Shown: piece after piece, positions 16,269 to 25,208 of the stretch | How positions within the stretch are numbered: position 1 is the stretch's first letter | Layout of the letters: every line of letters starts with the position of its first letter | Notes under the pieces: model-generated | Databases searched by the model: none | What the model saw: only the letters and a program-made list of their open reading frames with translations | Told to the model about the DNA's origin: nothing | Translations under genes and position numbers: made by a program | Virus record (IMG/VR): IMGVR_UViG_3300044296_000112 | Span: 1 to 41,781 of that record | Origin: a virus | Lineage: Duplodnaviria > Caudoviricetes | Reading direction: 5' to 3' (one strand) | Length of the DNA stretch: 41,781 nucleotides

Positions 16269-16744
16269 TGCCCGGATTTGAAAACGGACAGTGGTACCAG
16301 GGCGCCGTAGCCGACGTCGAGTACATCAAGTCGGAGAAGAAAGAGACTCCGGCCATCCAACTAACCGTAGACGTTCCTGATCACGGCGTCATTGTCGGCC
16401 AGTGGTGGCTGACGGACACGCTGGTGAAAAACCCGCTGAACAAGAACGAGCAGGTTCCGCAGTGGCAGGCGGCGTTGAATCGGTGCCTTTCGTACGGGTG
16501 CAACGAAGACGCTCTGCGAGCCGAAGGGTGGATCGAGCACATGCGCCAAACGATCATCGGGCAGACGGCGGCCGTCTTTGCCGAGGTCAACAGCTACGGC
16601 GATGTGAAGGCGCAGTTCGTCGGAAAGCCCAAGGGTAAAGGCGGTGGCGGGTACGCCAAGCAGACGGCTTCCGCGTCTCCGTTCGCGGATCGCACTCGTG
16701 CTGGTTCGGCGTGGGACGCGGCCGACGACGACGTTCCATTCTAA
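16265..16744 (+). CDS. ssDNA-binding protein (DUF669-like OB fold)
   Basis: Acidic C-terminal tail DDDVPF; exo-recombinase-SSB synteny. Confidence 0.75.
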   Translation: MMPGFENGQWYQGAVADVEYIKSEKKETPAIQLTVDVPDHGVIVGQWWLTDTLVKNPLNKNEQVPQWQAALNRCLSYGCNEDALRAEGWIEHMRQTIIGQTAAVFAEVNSYGDVKAQFVGKPKGKGGGGYAKQTASASPFADRTRAGSAWDAADDDVPF

Positions 16745-16751
16745 TCATCCC

Positions 16752-16906
16752 CCCGCGGCCCCGCCCGCGGCCTGCCGACCACGGTGGAGAGACCTGCGAT
16801 GCCTCGGGGGAGACGCGCAGCCAGCGAATCGGCAGACCGGGGGCGAAGTCCCCGGAAAGGAGCCGTCCGAGTTGAATTCTCCCGAGGCCGGCGGGTTATC
16901 CGGCCA
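16752..16906 (+). ncRNA. Candidate structured RNA element with possible pseudoknot
   Basis: Intergenic; CTGCCGA/TCGGCAG stem enclosing CTGCG/CGCAG; CCGGGG/CCCCGG and GGCCGG/CCGGCC hairpins; 12-bp complementarity between 16801-16812 and 16877-16888. Confidence 0.45.
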
Positions 16907-16921
16907 ACTTACAGGAGAGAT

Positions 16922-17098
16922 ATGGAAACGATACTGATTTTGCTGGCCATTGTCGCGGTGCTGGCGCTGTTGATTGTTGCCCCGTCGAGGGCGTCGATGT
17001 GGCGTGCAGTGCGACTGTATGCCGAGGACCATGAAGCGGCGAATGTGTTGATTGACGAACGGCGTGCGGCGCGGAAGCGGGAACAGGTGGCGGCATGA
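16922..17098 (+). CDS. Small N-anchored membrane protein
   Basis: AGGAG RBS; METILILLAIVAVLALLIVA. Confidence 0.6.
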   Translation: METILILLAIVAVLALLIVAPSRASMWRAVRLYAEDHEAANVLIDERRAARKREQVAA

Positions 17099-18024
17099 CC
17101 AACGAAGAGATGGCGCTGGTGTTGGACCAGATCGCCGGAAACTATGCTTATTGCAACCATGCGGAGACATCCCTCCGCGCCGCCAACTCGAAGATGCGGG
17201 AGGCGCTGGCCCGCATCCACGAAGGAGCGGCGCGGCAACTGGCAGAGCCACGCGACCACGACAACGACCAGTACGCGCTGACTGACATCGCAACGGTCGC
17301 CGAACTTGCCCTCGCCGCCCCCACCGGCGACTGGCTGGAGAGAAGGATTGCGGAAGAAACCAAGGACCTTCGCATCAAAAATGCTGCTAAAGAAGACCTA
17401 ATTCGTGCGTGGGTCCGATACGCAAATTCACCAAACCGTAGCGAGTCCGACGCCAGTATGGCAGATCGGTTTTTCAATGACATCCAGAGTCGTTTTATGG
17501 GCGGCGAGTTTGATTCGTTAGCATGGCTCACCGCCCACGACGCCGCGATCCGCGAACCGCTTGAGCGGCGCATAACCAGCCTATGGTACGCCCTACGGCA
17601 GGGCATTATCAACACTGGCGGCGTGGCGATGGATGACGTTTCCGACGAGTTCCTGATGCTGTTTCCGGCTGAGGTGGGGGCAATCAAGCACAAACAGCGC
17701 GAACTGGAGCGGGAGGTTGCGGCGCTGCGGGATGTTTTGGACGACACGCAAGGAACGCTTCGGATGTTCTACCGAACAGAGCAAAACAGCGAAGGATCTG
17801 TTGAAGCGCAATGCGAAGAGGCGATTAAAGCCATCAATGACACCGCCGCCACCGCCGCGAAGCACGACGCCGGGGTGCGGGCGCGGGTGCTGGAGGAGGC
17901 GGCTGGGAAGGTATCCGATTGGGCTGAAAAGCTAATGGGGTATGAGCGAGTTGCGATGATTGGTTGCGCTGCCAATTTAACTGAGCTTGCTGAAGCAGCG
18001 CGGAAGGAGGCAGAAGGTGCGTAA
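17095..18024 (+). CDS. Hypothetical coiled-coil protein
   Basis: 309 aa coupled ORF with repeated HDA..R...E modules. Confidence 0.7.
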   Translation: MTNEEMALVLDQIAGNYAYCNHAETSLRAANSKMREALARIHEGAARQLAEPRDHDNDQYALTDIATVAELALAAPTGDWLERRIAEETKDLRIKNAAKEDLIRAWVRYANSPNRSESDASMADRFFNDIQSRFMGGEFDSLAWLTAHDAAIREPLERRITSLWYALRQGIINTGGVAMDDVSDEFLMLFPAEVGAIKHKQRELEREVAALRDVLDDTQGTLRMFYRTEQNSEGSVEAQCEEAIKAINDTAATAAKHDAGVRARVLEEAAGKVSDWAEKLMGYERVAMIGCAANLTELAEAARKEAEGA

Positions 18025-18157
18025 AGAGGATGACGGGCTCGATGTTCCTGAGTTAATTGGAATCTTTTTCGTGGTCCTGCTGGTGCTTGCGATGGCATCG
18101 GCTGGATGCCGGATTGAAATGCACATCGACAGCAAGGAGGCCACTCATGCCAAATAA
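18017..18157 (+). CDS. Small membrane/possible lipoprotein (46 aa)
   Basis: AAGGAGG RBS; LIGIFFVVLLVLAMASAGC. Confidence 0.45.
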   Translation: MRKEDDGLDVPELIGIFFVVLLVLAMASAGCRIEMHIDSKEATHAK

Positions 18158-18542
18158 CCCCGCCCCCATCACCGACGCCGCGCTGGCCGAGCTGGACCGG
18201 CTGAAGGCCGCCGGAAAACTTGGTCCGATGGTGTCCGTCCATATCATCAGCCCGGGATACGAACACTGCGCGAACCTATGCACTCGGCTGGAAGGCCACA
18301 AATCTGATTACCCCGTGGCGATGATGCAAGCTGAATGGGCTGATGACATCGCCTCCACACTGAACGCCTACCCCAGCCTGCGCCTTCGCCTCGTTCGCAC
18401 CGAGGCCGACCGGGCGGCGATCAGGGCTGAGGCATTTCGGGAGGCGGCGGATGCGTGCGAAAAGGAGCTTGCAGTGAACTCTCTTTATTTTGCAACTGGT
18501 ATACGAAAAATGGCCGCAGCCGAGGAGGCGAAGCATGAGTAA
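18147..18542 (+). CDS. Hypothetical protein (ead/Ea22-like)
   Basis: AAGGAGG RBS; ITDAALAELDRLKAA N-term and ADDIASTLNAYPSL pattern. Confidence 0.6.
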   Translation: MPNNPAPITDAALAELDRLKAAGKLGPMVSVHIISPGYEHCANLCTRLEGHKSDYPVAMMQAEWADDIASTLNAYPSLRLRLVRTEADRAAIRAEAFREAADACEKELAVNSLYFATGIRKMAAAEEAKHE

Positions 18543-18918
18543 CTGGAGCCGCAGACACGACGCCTGGATCGCTGAGAAGTGCGAGGGGATCAAGGTTGCG
18601 GTAGTCGGCGTGAATTACTACCAGATGATGCGGCTAGGCGGATGGCATGGGCTGGTGGCAATCCCCCACTACCTCACCGACCAAGCCGCGTGCATCCGGG
18701 CTGCGGAGGCGTGGCGGAAGAAAGATCCAAAGCATCGGAGTTGGGAAGTCGATAGTCCGTATTTTGACGGTGATGACTTCGAGGCCATTGCGTGCGACAT
18801 GAACCCAGCATTTACGACACGAGCGGAGGAGGAAGATCCGACCTTTTCCGCCGCCCTAGCCCAGTCCCTGCTGCTGGCCACCGGCTGGACCGAGCCAGCG
18901 GGTGGGGGTGGGGAATGA
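18535..18918 (+). CDS. Hypothetical protein (phage ABA-sandwich-like)
   Basis: GGAGG RBS; DAWIAEK...IPHYLTD..A pattern. Confidence 0.6.
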   Translation: MSNWSRRHDAWIAEKCEGIKVAVVGVNYYQMMRLGGWHGLVAIPHYLTDQAACIRAAEAWRKKDPKHRSWEVDSPYFDGDDFEAIACDMNPAFTTRAEEEDPTFSAALAQSLLLATGWTEPAGGGGE

Positions 18919-19535
18919 AAGAGGAATTGTGCGTCCGCATGATCACCAGTTCATTAGCGGCAAAGACGGTGATCGTCAACCACTACCTGCACCGAAAGCC
19001 ACCAATGTCGTACTGCTTCGGTTTATTTAGGAATTTTGAACTTGTCGGAGTCTGCACGTTTGGAACACCTCCATCACGCCACCTTCAATTATCAGTTTGC
19101 CCGCAATACCCGGAGAAGGTCGTAGAGCTTAACCGGCTGTGGGTGGACGATTCTCTTGGCAAGAACACCGAAAGTTGGTTTGTGACCCGGTGCCTACCAA
19201 TGCTTCCGGCCCGTATCGTAGTCTCCTACGCCGATACTGCCGCTGGGCATAGGGGCTATATTTACCGGGCACTGAATTGGAAGTTTGCGGGACTCACAGA
19301 CGAAGAGCGCAAAACCCCGCGATTTGATTATGTATGCGATGGGAAGCATTCGAGGGCTGCGTTTCGTACTGGTGATGGCCTTAAGTCACAACGAGTTCGT
19401 AGGCTGCCGAAGTACAAGTACTGGACCGTTACTGGTAATCGCAGGTCGAAGCGTCGGCTATTGGCGGCGTGCAAGTGGCCGAGTAAGTGTTGGCAGCAGT
19501 ATGACCAATTTCTTGAATTACCGGAGGCGTCATGA
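18915..19535 (+). CDS. Mom-family DNA base-modification enzyme (GNAT fold)
   Basis: HYLHR, LVGVCTFG.P, VELNRLW, NTESWFV, VVSYAD..AGHRGYIYRALNW motifs of Mu Mom homologs. Confidence 0.85.
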   Translation: MKEELCVRMITSSLAAKTVIVNHYLHRKPPMSYCFGLFRNFELVGVCTFGTPPSRHLQLSVCPQYPEKVVELNRLWVDDSLGKNTESWFVTRCLPMLPARIVVSYADTAAGHRGYIYRALNWKFAGLTDEERKTPRFDYVCDGKHSRAAFRTGDGLKSQRVRRLPKYKYWTVTGNRRSKRRLLAACKWPSKCWQQYDQFLELPEAS

Positions 19536-19708
19536 TCCAGTGGGCGCTAATCGACAAGGAAACCGGGGAGTTACTGCGTGATAAGTACACCGGATCTCTG
19601 GAAATTTTTGGCACGCGCGGACAAGCGCGGCTTGCGGCGTGGTCGTATGCGTCGGCCTACCGACCGGTGAAGGTGCGCGTGGAGGTGTGCGAGTGGCATA
19701 CGAGATAA
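19532..19708 (+). CDS. Hypothetical protein (58 aa)
   Basis: GGAGG RBS, ATGA overlap; MIQWALIDKETGELLR...YRPVKVRVEV. Confidence 0.55.
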   Translation: MIQWALIDKETGELLRDKYTGSLEIFGTRGQARLAAWSYASAYRPVKVRVEVCEWHTR

Positions 19709-20613
19709 AGCATGGCGACTCGCTGGCCGTCCTCCGCTCCATGCCGGCCGAGAGCGTGGACTGCTGCATCACGAGCCCGCCGTATTGGGGCCTTCGTGAT
19801 TACGGCGTGGCGGGTCAGATCGGTCTTGAATCAACTCCCACTGAGTTCGTTGAGAAGCTGACCGACGTATTCCGCGAGGTTCGGCGTGTGCTGCGAGACG
19901 ACGGTACTTGCTGGGTGAATTTGGGGGATAGTTACGCGGCGCAACCAGGTCAACGGAAAGAGACGGACAAGGCCGGAGCGAAACAAATTACCAGCGCTGG
20001 CAGTATCGGGGCACCAAGCCGGAGTCCTGAAGGATTCAAGCCTAAAGACCTCATCGGCATCCCATGGCGCGTAGCCCTAGCACTCCAGGCTGACGGCTGG
20101 TACCTACGCCAAGACATCATCTGGCACAAGCCGAACCCCATGCCGGAAAGCGTGCGCGACCGATGCACGAAAGCGCATGAGTATGTGTTTCTGCTGACCA
20201 AGTCGCCGCGCTACTGGTGGGACTCGGAGGCGATGAAGGAGGAGGCAACGTGCGATCGTATGCGCGGGCCAGCATTACACGCGGATGCGATTAGCACTAA
20301 CGGGAACAGTGGGCTGTCCAGGATGCAGCCACGCGACACCCGCAACCGCCGATCCGTCTGGACCATCGCAACGCAAGCAACGCCTGAAGCCCACTTCGCA
20401 ACTTTCCCGTTGGAGCTACCTGAAATGTGCCTGCGGGCTGGGTGCAAACCAGATGGGATCGTCCTGGACCCATTCAACGGGGCTGGAACTACAGGACTCG
20501 CCGCGATCAAGAACGGGCGCAAGTATATCGGGATCGAATTGAATCCGGCGTACATCGAGATCACGCATCAGCGGTTCCAGAAGCATATGCCGCTGCTGGC
20601 GGTGTGCTCATGA
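19693..20613 (+). CDS. DNA N4-C/N6-A methyltransferase (beta-class order)
   Basis: TSPPY motif IV, IIWHKPNPMPES, HFATFP, VLDPFNGAGTT motif I. Confidence 0.93.
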   Translation: MAYEIKHGDSLAVLRSMPAESVDCCITSPPYWGLRDYGVAGQIGLESTPTEFVEKLTDVFREVRRVLRDDGTCWVNLGDSYAAQPGQRKETDKAGAKQITSAGSIGAPSRSPEGFKPKDLIGIPWRVALALQADGWYLRQDIIWHKPNPMPESVRDRCTKAHEYVFLLTKSPRYWWDSEAMKEEATCDRMRGPALHADAISTNGNSGLSRMQPRDTRNRRSVWTIATQATPEAHFATFPLELPEMCLRAGCKPDGIVLDPFNGAGTTGLAAIKNGRKYIGIELNPAYIEITHQRFQKHMPLLAVCS

Positions 20614-20680
20614 TCCACCGCATCCGCATGGCCCGGAAGCGACTGATGGTGGCGCGGGAACTTCGAAAGGAGCCAATGGT

Positions 20681-20962
20681 ATGACCGAGCAGCAACGCAA
20701 GCAGATAAGTGAAGTGCTGTGGAGATTCGATAGTGATCCATGTTTTCGATCCGAATCTGCCCTCGCCGACATCGAGCGCATCATCGGATGGCGCCCGGTG
20801 GCCGAACTGGTGGACGACGGGCGGGAAATAGTACTCGGGAAATGGTTCCCGTTCGGAGAATTCAGTGGGCTCAAACTGAAAACCGAATACGTCAGTCGGT
20901 ACCCTAATTACACCCACTTTGCCGAGGTCGGCACACTGCCGGAGGAGCCGAGCGATGCCTAG
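20681..20962 (+). CDS. Hypothetical protein
   Basis: AAGGAG RBS, coupled ORF. Confidence 0.55.
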   Translation: MTEQQRKQISEVLWRFDSDPCFRSESALADIERIIGWRPVAELVDDGREIVLGKWFPFGEFSGLKLKTEYVSRYPNYTHFAEVGTLPEEPSDA

Positions 20963-21197
20963 CCCCACCCCCATCGCCAAGTCCACCAGCATCCTCTGGC
21001 AGGGCAAGGTCTACGCGCCGCTGGCGGAGATCGTGGAGGGACTACATACACGGAAGATGGAGGAGGCCGTGTCGGCGTCGCGACTGGAAAGAACCGTGTT
21101 TGCCGACCGAGCAGGGCAGAAGTATTACGCGGCCGAGGTACTCAATCGCGTCGCCGAGGAACTGGTGCGGGAGTTTGGGGAGGAGGTGGAGGAATGA
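20955..21197 (+). CDS. Hypothetical protein
   Basis: GGAGGAG RBS before ATG 20955. Confidence 0.55.
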   Translation: MPSPTPIAKSTSILWQGKVYAPLAEIVEGLHTRKMEEAVSASRLERTVFADRAGQKYYAAEVLNRVAEELVREFGEEVEE

Positions 21198-21385
21198 AGA
21201 TCACCAAGCGCAACGAGCAAGGCCACGCCATCGAAGGCGAGCTGGACATGGCCGACATTTCAGACATCATGCACGCTCTGCGGACCTCGAAGGCTGGCTG
21301 CATTAACGGCCAGATCAGGCCGTTTCTGTTCGGAGTCACTTCGATGACCGTGACTTTCGAAGGCAGGGGGAAGAACGGATTATGA
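21194..21385 (+). CDS. Hypothetical protein
   Basis: GGAGG RBS, ATGA overlap. Confidence 0.6.
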   Translation: MKITKRNEQGHAIEGELDMADISDIMHALRTSKAGCINGQIRPFLFGVTSMTVTFEGRGKNGL

Positions 21386-21530
21386 GAACCGCAGCCGACG
21401 CAGTCAAGGCCCCGGCGCCTACCACTTTTCAATCACTTACGGGCGGCATTTGGCCACACGTGGGGCTTGGACACTCAGCCCTTGCGGGGCTGATGGTTTC
21501 TAAACTGCGGGGAAACTGCGGGGAAACCCT

Positions 21531-21725
21531 ATGAAACTCGTATTCGGCGACCGCGACGCCTCCGAACTCGCCGGGCTGGTGTCCACTCCGGAAGGCCTGG
21601 CGAAGGCGAAAGAGTACCTGACGCAGCCGACGTGGTGCTGGCCGAAATGGCTCACGCGGTTGACGGATGAGCAGATATACACGGCGATCACGGACGCCGA
21701 GAAAACCGCGCGACCAGAAGTTTAG
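21531..21725 (+). CDS. Hypothetical protein
   Basis: 64 aa, same strand as the operon. Confidence 0.5.
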   Translation: MKLVFGDRDASELAGLVSTPEGLAKAKEYLTQPTWCWPKWLTRLTDEQIYTAITDAEKTARPEV

Positions 21726-21764
21726 CCGACCACGGCCGCGCGAGATCAGAACAGGAGAGTAATC

Positions 21765-22121
21765 ATGTCCGATCAAACGGATAGTATCAAACTGTGCGCG
21801 TGCGGTGCGCCGGTTCACAAGGGACTACGCTGCCGAGCGTGCTTCAACGACGCGCATCGACGCAACCAGAACGCCCGCCGCGCGAAGGCGTCTGATAAGT
21901 GCGCGTGCGGCGCGCGGAAGGGCAAGCAAGCCCGCTGCTGCCGCAAGTGCAACATGGCCGCTATCGGCGCCGGGGATTCGTCGCGGCGGATGGGCTGGAA
22001 AGCGCCGGCGCAGTGGACGGAGTACCGGATACCGGGCTCGTTTCGGGAGTATGCGGATGAGAGCTTGGACTGGTGCCCGGCTAAGACGCGGGCGATTGCG
22101 GAGATTCGGGGGCGGGGATGA
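21765..22121 (+). CDS. Cys-rich zinc-finger protein
   Basis: AGGAG RBS; two CxCG...CxxC units. Confidence 0.7.
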   Translation: MSDQTDSIKLCACGAPVHKGLRCRACFNDAHRRNQNARRAKASDKCACGARKGKQARCCRKCNMAAIGAGDSSRRMGWKAPAQWTEYRIPGSFREYADESLDWCPAKTRAIAEIRGRG

Positions 22122-23122
22122 GCGATCTACATTTATTCGGAACCGACCTATTCGGTAACCCAGTGCGCGAAACCCGCGAATGCAAGCTGGCCGAGGATTT
22201 CATTATCCCGCCGTTTAGCGTGCTATCGGCGCGTGATGGGGTGTGGCAGGAACGAAAGCGGAAATGGTTGGAGTTTGGGATACAAAGCGAGGTTGGGCGC
22301 GGGTCCAATATGCTTGGGTTATCAGCGCAGGACGAAGACTACCGGAATAGCAAAGCAAGCTATGCAAGGGCATTTTCTATGGGTGACGGAATGGAAAAGT
22401 ATGGAGGCGCAAGGGGGAATGAGAACGGAACTTCAGTGTTTGACCCCGTTCTGTGCGAGCTTTCATACCGCTGGTTTTGCCCGCCCGCAGGCCAGATCAT
22501 TGACCCTTTTGCTGGCGGATCTGTGCGCGGAATTGTGGCCGACTTGCTTGGGTACGACTACTGGGGGTGCGATCTTCGATCGGAACAAATTGAAGCCAAC
22601 CGAGAACAGGCGGCGCGGATTTGCAGCGGCGTGGGGCCGTCATGGGTATGTGGCGATAGCATGGACAAACTAGAATCCGCGCCGATGGCAGATTTCCTGT
22701 TTTCCTGCCCGCCATACGGTGACTTGGAAAGGTACAGCGATGACCCACGGGACATCAGCACCATGGACTATCACGCCTTCATGGGGGCGTACCGGCGCAT
22801 TATCTTGCGGGCGTGCGAACGGCTGAAAAATAACCGGTTCGCGTGCTTCGTGGTGGGCGATTTCCGCAACCCGAAAACTGGTGCATACCGCAATTTCGTA
22901 AGCGACACGATTGAATCGTTCCGGCAGTGCGGGCTGGAACTGTACAACGAGGCAATCCTGCTTACTCCGGTTGGTTCGCTGCCGATACGGGTCGGCAAGC
23001 AGTTCGCCGCAAGCCGCAAGATGGGAAAGACGCACCAGAACATACTCGTATTCGTTAAGGGCGATGGACGCGCGGCGGCCGATGCGTGCGGAAAACTTCA
23101 AACCGGTTACTCTCTCATCTAA
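22118..23122 (+). CDS. Second amino-DNA methyltransferase (motif I before motif IV)
   Basis: PPFSVL, TSVFDPVLCE..Y.WF, DPFAGGSVRG, SCPPY, HQNILVF. Confidence 0.88.
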   Translation: MSDLHLFGTDLFGNPVRETRECKLAEDFIIPPFSVLSARDGVWQERKRKWLEFGIQSEVGRGSNMLGLSAQDEDYRNSKASYARAFSMGDGMEKYGGARGNENGTSVFDPVLCELSYRWFCPPAGQIIDPFAGGSVRGIVADLLGYDYWGCDLRSEQIEANREQAARICSGVGPSWVCGDSMDKLESAPMADFLFSCPPYGDLERYSDDPRDISTMDYHAFMGAYRRIILRACERLKNNRFACFVVGDFRNPKTGAYRNFVSDTIESFRQCGLELYNEAILLTPVGSLPIRVGKQFAASRKMGKTHQNILVFVKGDGRAAADACGKLQTGYSLI

Positions 23123-23223
23123 CCGACCGGAACCAATTCTAAAATATAAACCCGCGCCCGCTTCGAGATAGCTTCCTAGGGCAGATCGAGGCAGGCGCGG
23201 CCAACAACCCCAAGGAGGTTGCC

Positions 23224-23466
23224 ATGCCGAGGATAACACAAGACCGCGCCTGCGCTAAGTGCGACAAGACGTTCCGCAGCCAGCGGGCTACGCTGTGCCC
23301 TGATTGCCTGCGAGAGAAGCAGCGCAACGCGAACCGCCCGGCGCGCGCGGTATTGACGCCCGGCCGCCCGGCGCCCGATGACTTCCGGGAGTATGCCGGC
23401 GCGGCGAACGGGTTCAGCTATCTTCCGATGTCGTGGCGGGAGAAGAAGGGCATCGTCCGTGAGTAA
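23224..23466 (+). CDS. Zinc-finger protein
   Basis: AAGGAGG RBS; CxxC...F.......CPDC. Confidence 0.7.
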   Translation: MPRITQDRACAKCDKTFRSQRATLCPDCLREKQRNANRPARAVLTPGRPAPDDFREYAGAANGFSYLPMSWREKKGIVRE

Positions 23467-23803
23467 GCAAACCGAATCCCAAGTCACCGCCGAATGCCGC
23501 AACTGGCTCGTCGAGCGCGGATGGCGACCGCATCGGAACCACTGCGGGGTGTTCTTCACCGAGCGCGGCGCGCGCATCAACGGAGAGCCTCCGGGGACAC
23601 CGGACTGGTCGTTCACCCGCCCGACGCAACGCGGCCGCGGCGACATCCTCTACATCGAAATGAAATCCACCGTCGGCCGGCCGTCGGATAAACAGCGAGA
23701 GATGCGGGCGTTGCTGGAGCACTACGGGTACGTCGTGCTGATCGTGCATTCGCTGGCTGAACTCATCGAGGAATACGGGAAACTCTATGCTGACGCCGCG
23801 TGA
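23459..23803 (+). CDS. VRR-NUC (PD-(D/E)xK) nuclease
   Basis: ESQV, GTPD, IEMK...GRPS..Q. Confidence 0.88.
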   Translation: MSKQTESQVTAECRNWLVERGWRPHRNHCGVFFTERGARINGEPPGTPDWSFTRPTQRGRGDILYIEMKSTVGRPSDKQREMRALLEHYGYVVLIVHSLAELIEEYGKLYADAA

Positions 23804-25208
23804 TTACCAGCTAGACGGCATCGACGCCATGCGCGGGGCGATCCGGCGCGGCGTGCGGAAGATCTGCTACCAGCTTCCCACTGGTGGCGGGAAGACCGTC
23901 GTAGCCGGGTTCATGATCCAATCGGCCGCCGCTCGCGGACTCCGCGTCGCATGGTTTGCGCACCGGCGCGAGCTAATCATGCAGCCGTCGGCGATGCTCG
24001 ACCGCATCGGCATTCCACACGGGATCACGATGGCAAATCACCGCCGATACGACCCGAACGCACAGGTGCAAGTGCTGTCGATCGATACTGCTGTGCGTAG
24101 GGAGCTGCCGCAGTTTGATCTGGTCATCGTGGATGAATGCCACCACGCCAGATCAGACAGCTACACCGAAGTCATTAAGAAACTGAACGCAAAGACCGTC
24201 ATCGGCATCACCGCCACGCCCTGCCGACTTGATGGCCGCGGCCTTGGCGATATCTTCGAAGAACTCGTTCTCGGCCCCACCGTCCAGTGGCTCACGGACC
24301 ACAAATACCTCGTCCCCGCCGAAACGTACTCCTGGCCGGCGCCTACCGACGGCATCCGCATTGCGCGCGGCGATTACGACCAAAAGCAGGCAAACGACCG
24401 AATGAGTCAACCGCAGCTCGTCGGTAACGTCATTGAGCACTGGCTAAAGCGGTGCGCGGACCGGGAAACCATCGTTTTCGCCAGCGGCATAGGCCACAGC
24501 CGATTACTCACGAAGCGTTTCATAGACCACGGCATATCGGCCGCACACCTGGACGGCAACACTCCCACCGATGAGCGAGACGAAATCATCAACCGGTTAC
24601 GCACCGGCGATCTTCGAGTGGTGTGCAATTACGGCGTGCTGACCGAGGGAACCGACATCCCGAACGTGTCAGCCATCGTCAACTGCCGGATGACGCAATC
24701 CGACGCGCTGTGGCTTCAGATGGCAGGGCGCGGGCTGCGAAGCCACCCAGGGAAGCAGAACTGCATCATTCACGACCACGGCGGATCGGCGCGATTGCAT
24801 GGGCCGCCGGAGATGCCGCGGCAGTGGACACTTACACGGACGGCCGATATTCAGCGTTCGAAAAAAACCACGCTCATCCCCGTCGACAAAGTGCGCGTCT
24901 GTCCCGATTGCGGGCGAGTCCATCCGCGCGAAGCGCTGGTGTGTCCGTGCGGGTATCAGTTTAAGGTGGCGGAGATTCGGGAGTCCAGCGGAGAGCTGCA
25001 GCGCGTGACCGCGCAGGAAATCGTTCCGGCCTCTAAACGCCGCTCGGATTACATGCGCTGGATGTGGGAACAGGAAAACTTCAAGCGGCGCGACGGGAAG
25101 CCGTACTCGCCCGGTTACGCCTGGGCGAAATACAAGTCCCGCTATGGAATGCCGCCGCTTTCGGCGTGGAGAACGGAATACAAAATGGAGAAACAGAGCC
25201 GTGGCTAA
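23787..25208 (+). CDS. SF2 DEAD/DEAH-type helicase with C-terminal zinc finger
   Basis: RDYQ, PTGGGKT, DECHH, TATP, TEGTD.P, QMAGRGLR, CPDC...CPCG. Confidence 0.93.
   Translation: MLTPRDYQLDGIDAMRGAIRRGVRKICYQLPTGGGKTVVAGFMIQSAAARGLRVAWFAHRRELIMQPSAMLDRIGIPHGITMANHRRYDPNAQVQVLSIDTAVRRELPQFDLVIVDECHHARSDSYTEVIKKLNAKTVIGITATPCRLDGRGLGDIFEELVLGPTVQWLTDHKYLVPAETYSWPAPTDGIRIARGDYDQKQANDRMSQPQLVGNVIEHWLKRCADRETIVFASGIGHSRLLTKRFIDHGISAAHLDGNTPTDERDEIINRLRTGDLRVVCNYGVLTEGTDIPNVSAIVNCRMTQSDALWLQMAGRGLRSHPGKQNCIIHDHGGSARLHGPPEMPRQWTLTRTADIQRSKKTTLIPVDKVRVCPDCGRVHPREALVCPCGYQFKVAEIRESSGELQRVTAQEIVPASKRRSDYMRWMWEQENFKRRDGKPYSPGYAWAKYKSRYGMPPLSAWRTEYKMEKQSRG

Noticed and set aside
16784-16830. Glycine riboswitch (TGGAGAGACC) or HDV-like ribozyme (GGCCAA near 16902)
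   Set aside because: The downstream GCCGAAGG/CUCUCAGG elements and the HDV P1/P3/L3 arrangement could not be built; kept only as an unassigned structured candidate
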